Shown here: piece by piece, positions 19,282-29,100 of the stretch
Layout: each line of letters opens with the position of its first letter
Position numbering within the stretch: the stretch's first letter is position 1
Origin: a virus
Taxonomy: Duplodnaviria; Caudoviricetes
Direction: 5' to 3' (one strand)
Virus record (IMG/VR): IMGVR_UViG_2634166419_000001
Span: 1-64,000 of that record
Length of the DNA stretch: 64,000 nucleotides
The notes under the pieces: model-generated
The model's input: the letters and a program-made list of their open reading frames with translations, nothing else
The model's database searches: none
What the model was told of the DNA's origin: nothing
Position numbers and translations under genes: made by a program

Positions 19282-19606
19282 AGGCATTACGGTCATTTTA
19301 GTTGATAAGATTAGTGATGGTGTAGATCCGTTTGGTACACCTATCTATCGCGATGCTGAAATACCAGTCGATAATGTATTAGTCACACCATCCACTACTG
19401 ATGATATGGTCAATCAACTAAATTTGACAGGTAAGAAAGCTGTTTATACCTTAGCTATTCCAAAGGGCGATGAACACGACTGGGAAGATAAGGAAGTCAG
19501 ATTCTTTGGTCAAACTTGGCGGACTTTTGGCTTTGTGACTCAAGGGATTGAGCATCTAATTCCGCTTGATTGGAACAAGAAAGTGATGGTGGAGCGCTAT
19601 GAGTAG
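19268..19606 (+). CDS. Head closure protein
   Basis: GVDPFGTPIY motif; position. Confidence 0.7.
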   Translation: MTMIKGITVILVDKISDGVDPFGTPIYRDAEIPVDNVLVTPSTTDDMVNQLNLTGKKAVYTLAIPKGDEHDWEDKEVRFFGQTWRTFGFVTQGIEHLIPLDWNKKVMVERYE

Positions 19607-19835
19607 CTTTAAATTCAAACTGAATCGAAGCGGTGTGCGTGAACTGATGAAGTCAACTGAGATGCAATCGGTGTTGACTAACTACGCATCTAACATCAGA
19701 AACCGATGTGGTAATGGCTATGAGCAAGATATATATGTTGGTAGCAATCGTGCAAATGCGATGGTCAGTGCTGCAACAGCTAAAGCTAAAAGAGATAATA
19801 AAAAGAATAATACGCTATTAAAGGCGGTGCGTTAA
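19599..19835 (+). CDS. Neck/tail-completion protein
   Basis: LNRSGVRELMKS...NTLLKAV; position. Confidence 0.65.
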   Translation: MSSFKFKLNRSGVRELMKSTEMQSVLTNYASNIRNRCGNGYEQDIYVGSNRANAMVSAATAKAKRDNKKNNTLLKAVR

Positions 19836-20171
19836 ATGATTGAACTGATTATCAAACAGTATTTAGACAGTCATTTAGATGTACCGTCTTTTTTGGAGCG
19901 AAAAAGTACAATGCCAGCTAAATTTGTGTTGTTTGAAAAGACAAGTGGGGCTAAGAATAATCATTTAAAATCAGCAACCTTTGCATTTCAAAGTTATGCA
20001 AAATCATTATATGATGCAGCAATGCTTAATGAGCAAGTAAAAGAAGCTGTTGAGCAAATGATTGAATTACCTGAAATTAATGGCATTGAATTAAATAGTG
20101 ATTATAACTTTACTGATGAAGAAACAAAAGAATACCGATATCAAGCGGTATTTGACATTAATTATTATTAG
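19836..20171 (+). CDS. Tail terminator protein
   Basis: Precedes major tail protein; YRYQ C-terminus. Confidence 0.65.
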   Translation: MIELIIKQYLDSHLDVPSFLERKSTMPAKFVLFEKTSGAKNNHLKSATFAFQSYAKSLYDAAMLNEQVKEAVEQMIELPEINGIELNSDYNFTDEETKEYRYQAVFDINYY

Positions 20172-20183
20172 GAGGATATATAA

Positions 20184-20738
20184 ATGGCAGATGTAAAAAA
20201 TGTAACTGCAGCTAAACCTAAAGTCGGTGGAGCGGTATATTCAGCTCCTCTTGGAACTACACTACCCACAGATGCAACAACAGCATTAGACGCAGCATTT
20301 AAAGCTTTAGGATATATTTCAGAAGATGGATTAACTAATGAAAATAGTCCATCATCGGAAAACGTTAAGGCTTGGGGTGGCGATACGGTATTAACTACCC
20401 AAACAGAAAAGGAAGATACGTTTAGTTATACTTTAATTGAGTCGTTGAATGTTGAGGTATTAAAAGAAGTCTATGGTGCTGATAACGTAAGCGGAACTTT
20501 AGATACCGGTATTACAATCAAAGCCAACTCTAAGGAATTACCCGAGCATTGTTTAGTAATCGAAGTAATCCTTAAAGGTGGGGTATTAAAACGAACAGTA
20601 TTACCAGTGGCGAAAGTATCAGAAATTGGCGAAATTAGCTATACAGATGGTGATCCTGTTGGCTACGAAATTACGATTCAAGCCTTGCCAGATACAAATG
20701 GCAATACGCACTATGAATACATCAAGAAACCTGAGTAG
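20184..20738 (+). CDS. Major tail protein
   Basis: [19 protein letters not shown]. Confidence 0.88.
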   Translation: MADVKNVTAAKPKVGGAVYSAPLGTTLPTDATTALDAAFKALGYISEDGLTNENSPSSENVKAWGGDTVLTTQTEKEDTFSYTLIESLNVEVLKEVYGADNVSGTLDTGITIKANSKELPEHCLVIEVILKGGVLKRTVLPVAKVSEIGEISYTDGDPVGYEITIQALPDTNGNTHYEYIKKPE

Positions 20739-20763
20739 GTGCTGAGGTTGGAGGTTAAATCAG

Positions 20764-21024
20764 ATGATTAAAGGAAAAACAAAGTCAGGATTCAAATTTG
20801 AAATTGATGATGCAGTATTAAATGACTACGAAACAATCGAACTATTAGGCGACGTGGAAGAAAATCCGTTACTATTTCCGAAAGTTGTCAAACGAATTTT
20901 AGGCGATGAACAGACTACAGCTTTAAAAAATCATATTCGTGATGAAAAAGGACGAGTGAATGCAGAAAAAATGACTGCAGAAGTTACGGAAATTTTTCAA
21001 AGTCAGGCTCAACTAAAAAAATAA
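20764..21024 (+). CDS. Tail assembly chaperone (gpG-like)
   Basis: Between tail tube and TMP; ends at A AAA AAA slippery site. Confidence 0.8.
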   Translation: MIKGKTKSGFKFEIDDAVLNDYETIELLGDVEENPLLFPKVVKRILGDEQTTALKNHIRDEKGRVNAEKMTAEVTEIFQSQAQLKK

Positions 21025-21038
21025 TAATCCTTGCCAAA

Positions 21039-21416
21039 ATGCTCAAAGTAGACGAAGATGCGATTATTTGCGACTTAGCTGAGACATACAATATCTACGA
21101 TTATAGACAGCTACCTGTATCAAAGGTGGCTGTTTTTGTTTGTGGTTTAAGGTCAGATTCGCGAATCATGATGAAGATTAGCGATTCTAAATTGCCTTTA
21201 GACACGTTGTTACTTGCTGGAGTAGCTGACAGATTAAGTATCATGCTTTGGCAAAATACGAAAGATGGTCAACGCGGAAAAAATCAACCTGTATCTATTG
21301 TTGATCAACTAACTAAGCAGCAAATCGAACGCGAAGAAGTATCATTTGAGTCTGGCAAGGATTTTGAAGCAGAAAAAGCAAGAATTTTAAGAGGGGGTGT
21401 GGTGAATGGCGACTGA
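21039..21416 (+). CDS. Tail chaperone extension (gpT-like), reached by -1 frameshift
   Basis: -1 frame open from 21015 through 21416. Confidence 0.75.
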   Translation: MLKVDEDAIICDLAETYNIYDYRQLPVSKVAVFVCGLRSDSRIMMKISDSKLPLDTLLLAGVADRLSIMLWQNTKDGQRGKNQPVSIVDQLTKQQIEREEVSFESGKDFEAEKARILRGGVVNGD

Positions 21417-21936
21417 ATTAGGTCAAGCGTACGTCCAAATTATGCCATCAGCGAAAGGTATTAGTGGTATGATTCAGAAGCAAATAGAGCCTGAATCAAA
21501 ATCGGCTGGTGCTAGTGCAGGAATTAGTTTGGGTAAATCAATGATTACCGCAGTTACAGCTGCTATTGCGGCTGCTGGGATTGGAAAGATGTTTGCTGCA
21601 TCAATTTCTGAAGGAGCGGCACTTCAACAATCTTTGGGTGGTGTTGAGACGCTATTTAAGAGTAGCGCTGATACGGTCAAAAACTACGCTAACCAAGCAT
21701 ACAGAACAGCCGGAGTGTCGGCTAATAAGTACATGGAAAATGTTACTTCCTTCTCGGCTTCCTTAATTTCTTCGCTTGGTGGCGATACTGCTAAGGCTGC
21801 AGAGTTAGCCAATACGGCTATGGTTGATATGTCGGATAACGCAAACAAGATGGGTACCGATATGGAATCCATCACACAAACTTACCAATCTTTAGCGCGT
21901 GGAAATTATGCCATGTTAGATAACTTGAAGCTCGGT
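21406..21936 (+). CDS. Tape measure protein, exon 1 (177 codons)
   Basis: MATELGQAYVQI...MLDNLKLG; ends in T at the group I 5' splice site. Confidence 0.9.
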
Positions 21937-22846
21937 AGAAAATCCATAGCCGAGTATAAACCTAGTGAAAACGGTGAAACTCTAAGTTTAGCGGCTTAGA
22001 CAATACCGTGCTAAGCAAGAATTAGATACTTTGCTTGAATTTTACGTATTAGTTTGATAAAATAAAACATATAAATACGTGGAGGGTTGCAAAGTGTGGA
22101 AGAAAATTGGTAGAAATCCAAATTATTCAATTAATGAAAACGGCGAAGTTAGAAATGATAAAACAAATCATATAAAAAGTTGTTTTGTAAATCCTAAAAA
22201 TAACTATCTCATGGTTGACCTTTACGAAAATAATCAACCAAAGAAAGTCCCTATTCATAGATTGATTGCAGAGGCTTTTATTCCAAATCCAGAGAATAAA
22301 GCGACTGTAGATCATATAGATGGAAACAGACAAAACAACGATATTTCTAATTTGAGATGGGCAACTTACTCAGAGAACAATTCTCGGTTTGGAACCGTTG
22401 GAGTAAGAAGCGAAGCGGTTGTTGTTACTAAGTATAAAGAAGAACGGAAAAAACGAGGCGGTGGACATTTAGCGTGGTTAGATGTCATCGAAAAACTTGA
22501 GTTCGAGAGTATATCGGCAACTGCAGAATATTTCGGTTGTACTATTTCTAACGTTTCTTTAATGTTAGAAAAAGGTACAATCGGGCAGCGCGGAAAAACG
22601 AGAGGATATCAATTTTCTTATAAGAACGGTAAACGTTCGACTTATAATTCTTGAAAGTGTAACGACTATCGAAACAGAGAAAACACCTGAAAGGGTGTTT
22701 TTTTTAATGGAGTAGAGTAGGATTCAAGCGAATTCGAAGCGCTAGGATGCAGAAATGCATAAGAGATAGTCTACTCTCTATGGTGACATAGAGCAGCTCT
22801 AAAAGAGCGGTCATGAGTTAGCGACTTGTGGCGAATGTGTACCAAG
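21937..22846 (+). ncRNA. Group I self-splicing intron (IA-like), 910 nt
   Basis: P1 CTCGGT/GCCGAG with U-G, P10 CCATA/TATGG, P3 CCTAG/CTAGG, P4 ACGGT/ACCGT, R AACGACTAT, S AAGAGATAGTCT, terminal G; removal restores LKLG-YGGTK in frame. Confidence 0.93.
22094..22654 (+). CDS. Intron-encoded HNH homing endonuclease (NUMOD4-like N-terminus)
   Basis: YSINENGEV, IHRLIAEAFIPNP, VDHIDGNRQNN..NLRW; in P6 loop; GTG 8 nt after GGAGG. Confidence 0.9.
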   Translation: MWKKIGRNPNYSINENGEVRNDKTNHIKSCFVNPKNNYLMVDLYENNQPKKVPIHRLIAEAFIPNPENKATVDHIDGNRQNNDISNLRWATYSENNSRFGTVGVRSEAVVVTKYKEERKKRGGGHLAWLDVIEKLEFESISATAEYFGCTISNVSLMLEKGTIGQRGKTRGYQFSYKNGKRSTYNS

Positions 22847-24676
22847 TATGGTGGTACGAAATCTGAACTGGAACGCTTGATGCGAGATGCAGAAAAACTG
22901 ACTGGTGAGCATTACACAGTTGGGGATTTTGCCGATACCGTCAAGGCGATTCATGCAGTGCAAGAGAGCATGGGCATTACAGGCACAACAGCCAAAGAAG
23001 CAGCAACAACTTTAAGTGGTTCACTAGCAAGTATGAAGGCAGCGTTTAGTGATGTTTTGGGTAAATTATCGTTAGGTCAAGATATTGTTCCGTCTTTAAA
23101 TGCGTTGGCTGAAACAACTGCTACATTCTTATTTGGCAATTTCATTCCGATGGTTGGTAACATTCTAAAAGGATTACCAACTGCAATCACCACGTTCATT
23201 TCTGCAGCAATCCCTCAAATGACCGCAGGATTACAATCGGTGTTTTCTGATATAGGTGTAGATATTGATTTTTCGGGGTTAACTTCTAAATTTTCAGGAA
23301 TTATAACTGCTATTCAGCCGATAATCAACGGACTAAAAACAGCTTTTGGACAGCTTCCAAGCCTATTTAATTCAGTAGTAAGTTCTGTTACACCGGTCAT
23401 TAATACATTAGTCAGTGGCTTTAGTCGATTAGATTTTAGTGGTATTCAGACATTGATTTCTTCAATTATTCCGGCTATTCAAACTGGATTTAGCACAATG
23501 ATGTCTATTGTCGGTCCAGCAATCGATAGTGTGGTCAATTCGTTTGTATCAATGTGGAATGCAGCACAACCACTTATTTCTGTGATTAGCGGTGCTTTGA
23601 TGCCTGCTTTTCAAATCTTAGGTTCATTTTTAGGCGGTGTGATTAAAGGTGCATTAATGGGTATATCGATGGCTTTTGATGCGGTAAAAATTGCAATCGA
23701 ATTTTTAACACCAATTATTACAATTGTCGTAAATGCATTTAGTACATTATCGCCAATTTTGAGTACGATTGCTCAATGGGTAGGCACGGTAATTGGATTA
23801 TTTGGTAATTTGGGTACTGCTGGTCAAGGATTGAGCAGCTTCATTCAGTCAGCGTGGTCAAACATTCAAACAGCTATTTCTACTGCAGCAAGTGTAATCG
23901 GAACAGTTATTGAATATATTAAACTAGCTTTTTCGGGAGTTGGTAATGCTGCTCAAGTTGTCAAAAATATCATATCGATTGTTTGGATGGCTATTGGCGA
24001 TGTCATTCGAACAGTGGCATCAGCAATCAGAAGTGCGATGTCAGCTGCAGGAAGCGCGTTTAGTGGCTTTGGAAGTGTCGTATCAGCTATATCAGGTACG
24101 ATTAAAGGCGTTATAAACGGTGTAAAAAATACTTTTAATAGTTTAAAAAATATTAACTTAGTTGGTGCAGGTAGCGCAATCATGAATGGATTTTTAGGCG
24201 GTTTGCAAGCTGGTTTTAATAAAGTAAAAGGATTTGTTGGTGGTATTGCAAGCTGGATTAAAGAACATAAAGGTCCAATCAGCTATGACCGTAAAATCTT
24301 GATTCCGGCCGGTAACGCAATTATGAAAGGTCTGAATGAAGGGTTAAGCACACAATTTAAAGATGTGCAATCAAATGTTTTAGGCATGGCTGATACACTG
24401 GCTAATACATTTAATCCTGATTTGAATGCAGAATTGAGTGCAGTTGGCGATGTGCAATTAGCTGTATCGTCAAAAGGTTTATATGATAGTTCTAGCCAAC
24501 AATCAAACAAAGAATCATATTTAATGGACTTATTGGTTAAAATGGCTAATCGTCCAGTAATTATCGAAAATAAAATGGATGGTAAAAAGATTGGTCAGAT
24601 GGTAGCTGAACCGGTGACAGATGAACAAAATAAACGACAAGCAATATTAAATGCTGTGTATGGATTGGGGTGGTAA
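22847..24676 (+). CDS. Tape measure protein, exon 2 (spliced product 786 aa)
   Basis: YGGTKSELERL, amphipathic repeats, HKGPISYD motif. Confidence 0.9.
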   Translation, partial: YGGTKSELERLMRDAEKLTGEHYTVGDFADTVKAIHAVQESMGITGTTAKEAATTLSGSLASMKAAFSDVLGKLSLGQDIVPSLNALAETTATFLFGNFIPMVGNILKGLPTAITTFISAAIPQMTAGLQSVFSDIGVDIDFSGLTSKFSGIITAIQPIINGLKTAFGQLPSLFNSVVSSVTPVINTLVSGFSRLDFSGIQTLISSIIPAIQTGFSTMMSIVGPAIDSVVNSFVSMWNAAQPLISVISGALMPAFQILGSFLGGVIKGALMGISMAFDAVKIAIEFLTPIITIVVNAFSTLSPILSTIAQWVGTVIGLFGNLGTAGQGLSSFIQSAWSNIQTAISTAASVIGTVIEYIKLAFSGVGNAAQVVKNIISIVWMAIGDVIRTVASAIRSAMSAAGSAFSGFGSVVSAISGTIKGVINGVKNTFNSLKNINLVGAGSAIMNGFLGGLQAGFNKVKGFVGGIASWIKEHKGPISYDRKILIPAGNAIMKGLNEGLSTQFKDVQSNVLGMADTLANTFNPDLNAELSAVGDVQLAVSSKGLYDSSSQQSNKESYLMDLLVKMANRPVIIENKMDGKKIGQMVAEPVTDEQNKRQAILNAVYGLGW

Positions 24677-24679
24677 ATC

Positions 24680-26167
24680 GTGTTAAGAGTGACTTTTAAT
24701 GGCGTTGATTTAACTAGATATTTAGTAGTACTCAAAGGATTTACCGCCTTTGATGGAGCAGATTTTAAAGTATCAACATTGGAATATCAAACATTAAACG
24801 GCGAAGAATTTAACTACACTCGCAAAGGCAGTAAAAAAATTGAGATGCCTTTTTATGTGAAATATGAGAATGCTGCTGAGTATGATCGTCTACAACAGAT
24901 TTTGAATGTTAGTGAACCAAAACCATTGGAGTTTAGCCATATACCAAATCGTGTATTTTATGCTATACCGTCTGGCACACTTGATTTTGAAGAATATAAG
25001 ATGAACGGTAAAGGTACGATTACATGGTTAATACCTGATGGCTTGGCTCATGCAAAAAATATCAAATCTTTTCAGTTTAATTTCAATTCTGCTAAGGGAT
25101 GTTACGAGACCACTATTGTAAACAATGGAAGTGAATCAGTCCCTATCAATTACCGCGTAAAACTTAAGAAAGAATCAGGCTATCTAGGAATTGTCAGCCA
25201 ACACGGAGTCATCCAATATGGCAATCCGAAAGAACAAGATTTTACTGAAGCGAAAAAGAGTGTCAAATTGTTAAATAATGCCGGCGGAGATTTTGCTAAC
25301 TGGACCAAAGGCACGGTCTTTTATGAAAACCAATCAAAGAAAACAGTAACCGACATGAGCGTTTGGAGTTCGTTTGGGGGTTGGTTAGGCAAATTACCTA
25401 GTGGATATTCAAATACAGCAAGTGCTAGCTATTTTGGTGATATCAAAGAAATAACCTTACCTGAACAAGCAACTGATTGGTATTTATGGGCTCGTGCGTG
25501 GTTCGAGACCGGCTTGATGGGCCAGACTGGAGAGTGGGCATTAACAGTCATTGACGAAAATAATAAACTTATTGCCGGTATGGTTTTGGAAAAATACGAT
25601 AGAGTCGGAAACACAGCGCAATGTTCTTTTCTAATCGGCGACAATGGTGGTTCGCTCGTCAAAAAGACGATTAATTTCACACCAAGCGTTTGGGTTAGCC
25701 AAAATCCTTATGGTGGGGAAGGACGTGACCAAAACAGAAACATGTTCGATTTGAAAAAGACTTCAGACAAAGTGACTTATTATTGGTATGGCACACACTA
25801 CACATATAGTGATAGTCGATTGAGAGATAAAAAAGCAACTAAAATACAATTTTTTGTTGGACAAATGGCAGGTCGTAATACCACAAATCAGCTAGTAACA
25901 CATCATTATTTGAGTGACCTGTCCTTTACCAAACTCAACGTCCCTTACTGGGTGGACGTGCCTAATAGATTCCCAGCAGGGGCCAATATGTATGTAGATG
26001 GCGAAAAGGGAAATCTTTATGTCAATAATCTGATTTCACATGATGATGAAGTTGTGGGTACCGATTATTTCCACGCGCCACCAGGAGAAACGACTATACA
26101 GCTTTATGTATCGTCATTCAGCGAGATTGAATCAGCTACTGCAGAAATTAAGGAGGCTTATATTTAA
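24680..26167 (+). CDS. Distal tail protein (Dit) with internal insertion
   Basis: VTFNGVDL start, WLIPDGLAH; 495 aa; follows TMP. Confidence 0.82.
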   Translation: MLRVTFNGVDLTRYLVVLKGFTAFDGADFKVSTLEYQTLNGEEFNYTRKGSKKIEMPFYVKYENAAEYDRLQQILNVSEPKPLEFSHIPNRVFYAIPSGTLDFEEYKMNGKGTITWLIPDGLAHAKNIKSFQFNFNSAKGCYETTIVNNGSESVPINYRVKLKKESGYLGIVSQHGVIQYGNPKEQDFTEAKKSVKLLNNAGGDFANWTKGTVFYENQSKKTVTDMSVWSSFGGWLGKLPSGYSNTASASYFGDIKEITLPEQATDWYLWARAWFETGLMGQTGEWALTVIDENNKLIAGMVLEKYDRVGNTAQCSFLIGDNGGSLVKKTINFTPSVWVSQNPYGGEGRDQNRNMFDLKKTSDKVTYYWYGTHYTYSDSRLRDKKATKIQFFVGQMAGRNTTNQLVTHHYLSDLSFTKLNVPYWVDVPNRFPAGANMYVDGEKGNLYVNNLISHDDEVVGTDYFHAPPGETTIQLYVSSFSEIESATAEIKEAYI

Positions 26168-29100
26168 TGGATCATATTCGTATAGCAATACGCGACTCAA
26201 CCGATAGCATGAATATTTGCTTTTTAGATAATAAGGCAGGAATTAAATTTCATGAGGCAACCTTACAGCGATTTCTAAAAGGTACGTGTAATTTTCTAAC
26301 TTTAAAATTCTACGGAAAAGACATAGATACTATTTATCCAGGTTGCAGATTAGCGTTTAAATATGCAGATAACGATTATTGGCTAACGATTAATAGCTTT
26401 GAAAAAAATGGCTATGAGTGTAGCTTGACTGCATACTCTTTATCGCTTGAAACGAACAAAGAAAAGCGCAAGGCATTTAAAGCGCCGAAGTGGACATTTA
26501 AGCAATATCTTGATTATATAGATCCTGAACACAGTTTAACGTTAGGTCTCAACGAAGTCGCAAGTCAATCAATGCAATTGGAATGGTCGGGCACAGATAC
26601 GATTCTGGCTCGACTTTTTAGTATAGCCAATAGTTTTGGCGCGGAGTTGGAATTTGTCACCGAACTCAATGATGACTACTCGCTTAAACGCCATGTTTTG
26701 AATGTTTATAAGGTCGGCAATATCGGCAAGGATAAAACAGGAATGCCGATAAGAGTAGGAAAATCATTAAAGGTCATTAATTACACAGCTAATATTGATG
26801 AGTTATACACTGCTATTCGTGTGCATGGGAAAGACGGGCTAACCATACAAGGTCTTGATAAGAAGGTTTATGACGAAGATAATAACTTACTTTACTATAC
26901 GCAGGGCGACACGCTGTATGCGCCACAGGCTAGAGATAGATTTCCAGCTATTGCGCACAAAGCTAGCGACAGTTTTATTTGTTTGGAAAGTGAAGACACA
27001 GAGCACGCTACCAAAGAAGCACTGTATGCCTACATGCTTGGAGAACTCAAAAAGCACTCTGAGCCTAAAATCGACTATGAGACAGAAGGCTATGTGGACG
27101 GGGAGATTGGCGATAGAATGCTACTGATTGACAGTGTGCATTACGATCCACCACTTTATGTCCAAGCTAGAATCAGCGAACAGACCATATCGCTATTAGA
27201 CAAATCTAAAAATAAGACAGTATTTACGAACTATGAGCGGAAAAAGTCGGAGATTGCTAATGAACTATTAGCTAAAATGAATGCCTTAATCGAAGAAAAC
27301 AAGGTATTTGACGTGCAAATCCTAACTACCAATGGATATAGTTTTAAAAATGGATTTGGCGAGACTACACTTACAGCACGCGTCATGGACGGACCTAAAG
27401 ACGTCACGAATGAGTTTAGCCTTACCTGGTTTAAAAATTCGACAGAGTATTCCCACGACGCAAGTATAATCGTAAGAGCCGGTAGTATTGACGAATTAGC
27501 GACCTTTTTAGTTATAGCTGAAAAAGACGGTCGTGAACGTGGGCGGAACGAGTTAACAGTTTTTAATATTAAAGACGGTCAGCCAGGTAAAACACCAGTC
27601 GTGCATCTAGCATGGGCAGACTCAGCAGACGGTAGTGTAGGATTTACTTTGGAATTACCTACAGACTGGATACCAAAATATCGTGGTTACTATGTCGATT
27701 ATTCCACGGTCGCAAGCACGAATCCGAAATTGTATAAGTGGGAAAGAAATCCAGACGACGCTGCTAAAGTGGCAGATGAAGCAAAGGATAAAGCAGATGC
27801 GGCCGATAGTAAAGCAGATAGCGCTATAGACACAGCGAATAGTGCTAAAGATACAGCTGACGAAGCAAGTAAGCAGACAGCCTTAGTTAACGGATTGGCG
27901 AACGCTGCCAAAGATTTAGCAGATAAAGCTAAAGCAGACGCAGCCGAAGCAAACAGATTAATTGGCCTTACAAACACGGAAATTAGTAAGTTAAATACGA
28001 ATGTGGATAATGTGAAGTCTGATTTAGCGAGCGCTGAAACTGAATTAGCTAGTAAAATTGAGACCGTCAAGACTACGCTCACTCAAAATTATGCTACTAA
28101 GACGAATTTATCTGAGACACAGTTAACGTTAAATAAGACAATAACTGACTCAGTGGCAAGCGTGAAGCAGGAAATGTCAGAAAAATACGCGGTTAAATCT
28201 GACTTAACCACACTACAAGGCGAATATAACAGCTTTAAGGAAGAAACCGCAAAGAAAATAAGTCAGCAAGTATCTAGTATTGAAACTATACAGACAAATA
28301 CGACTGAAGCCCAAAAGCTAGCAGGGAACGCTTATAATAAGGCACAAAGTGCGGCCACGAGCGCCACTAACGCAAGTAGCACAGCAAACAGCGCATTAGA
28401 CAAGGCCTCAAATGCGACAAACGTAGCTAATAGTGCTAGCCAAAACGCCACTAATGCAGTGGCGAGTGCGAACAGTGCAGTATCAACAGCAAATACAGCG
28501 AAAGAAAATGCTATTAAGGCGATAGCCGATGTAGCCGCATTGACTAAGACAGTAAGCAGTCAGAGTACGAAAATTGAGCAAACAAGTAATCGTATTGACT
28601 TAGTAGCGAATGGAATCACTGAAGTTGGGAACAAGCTAGATAACCTAAAACTAAGTGATGATAACTTGTTGGAAAAAACTGACACAAGCGTATTTGGAAA
28701 AGGTAATTGGTTTAATAATGGAGATGGGAATATATCATTAGATAATAGTGTAAAATACCAAGGCAGACCAACATTGAAACTAGATTTTACTCAAAACAGC
28801 AGCGGAGCTAAAAACAATCAATACATAACGCTTAAACCAGATACAGAATACTACTATTCAGCGGTTATCAAATCTAATAAATCTTTTAATGTTGGTAATT
28901 CTACCCCATTGCATATTTGGATGCACAACACTACAGCAACTGGCAACCATGCAGAAATAAGCATCTCGTATGAGCCAAATACCGTTAAGGCTAATGAATG
29001 GACAACTGTTATTAGAAAATTTAAAACGCCAAAAGATTACGATACTTACTATTTATACGTACTTCTATACGGATTGTCAGGTGTCGTAATAAACGTTGCT

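Noticed and set aside
20727-20763. Frameshift extension of the major tail protein at CCT GAG TAG
   Set aside because: Both alternative frames stop within a few codons
21406-24676. TMP as a pseudogene or two separate genes
   Set aside because: A complete group I intron structure and precise in-frame rejoining explain the split
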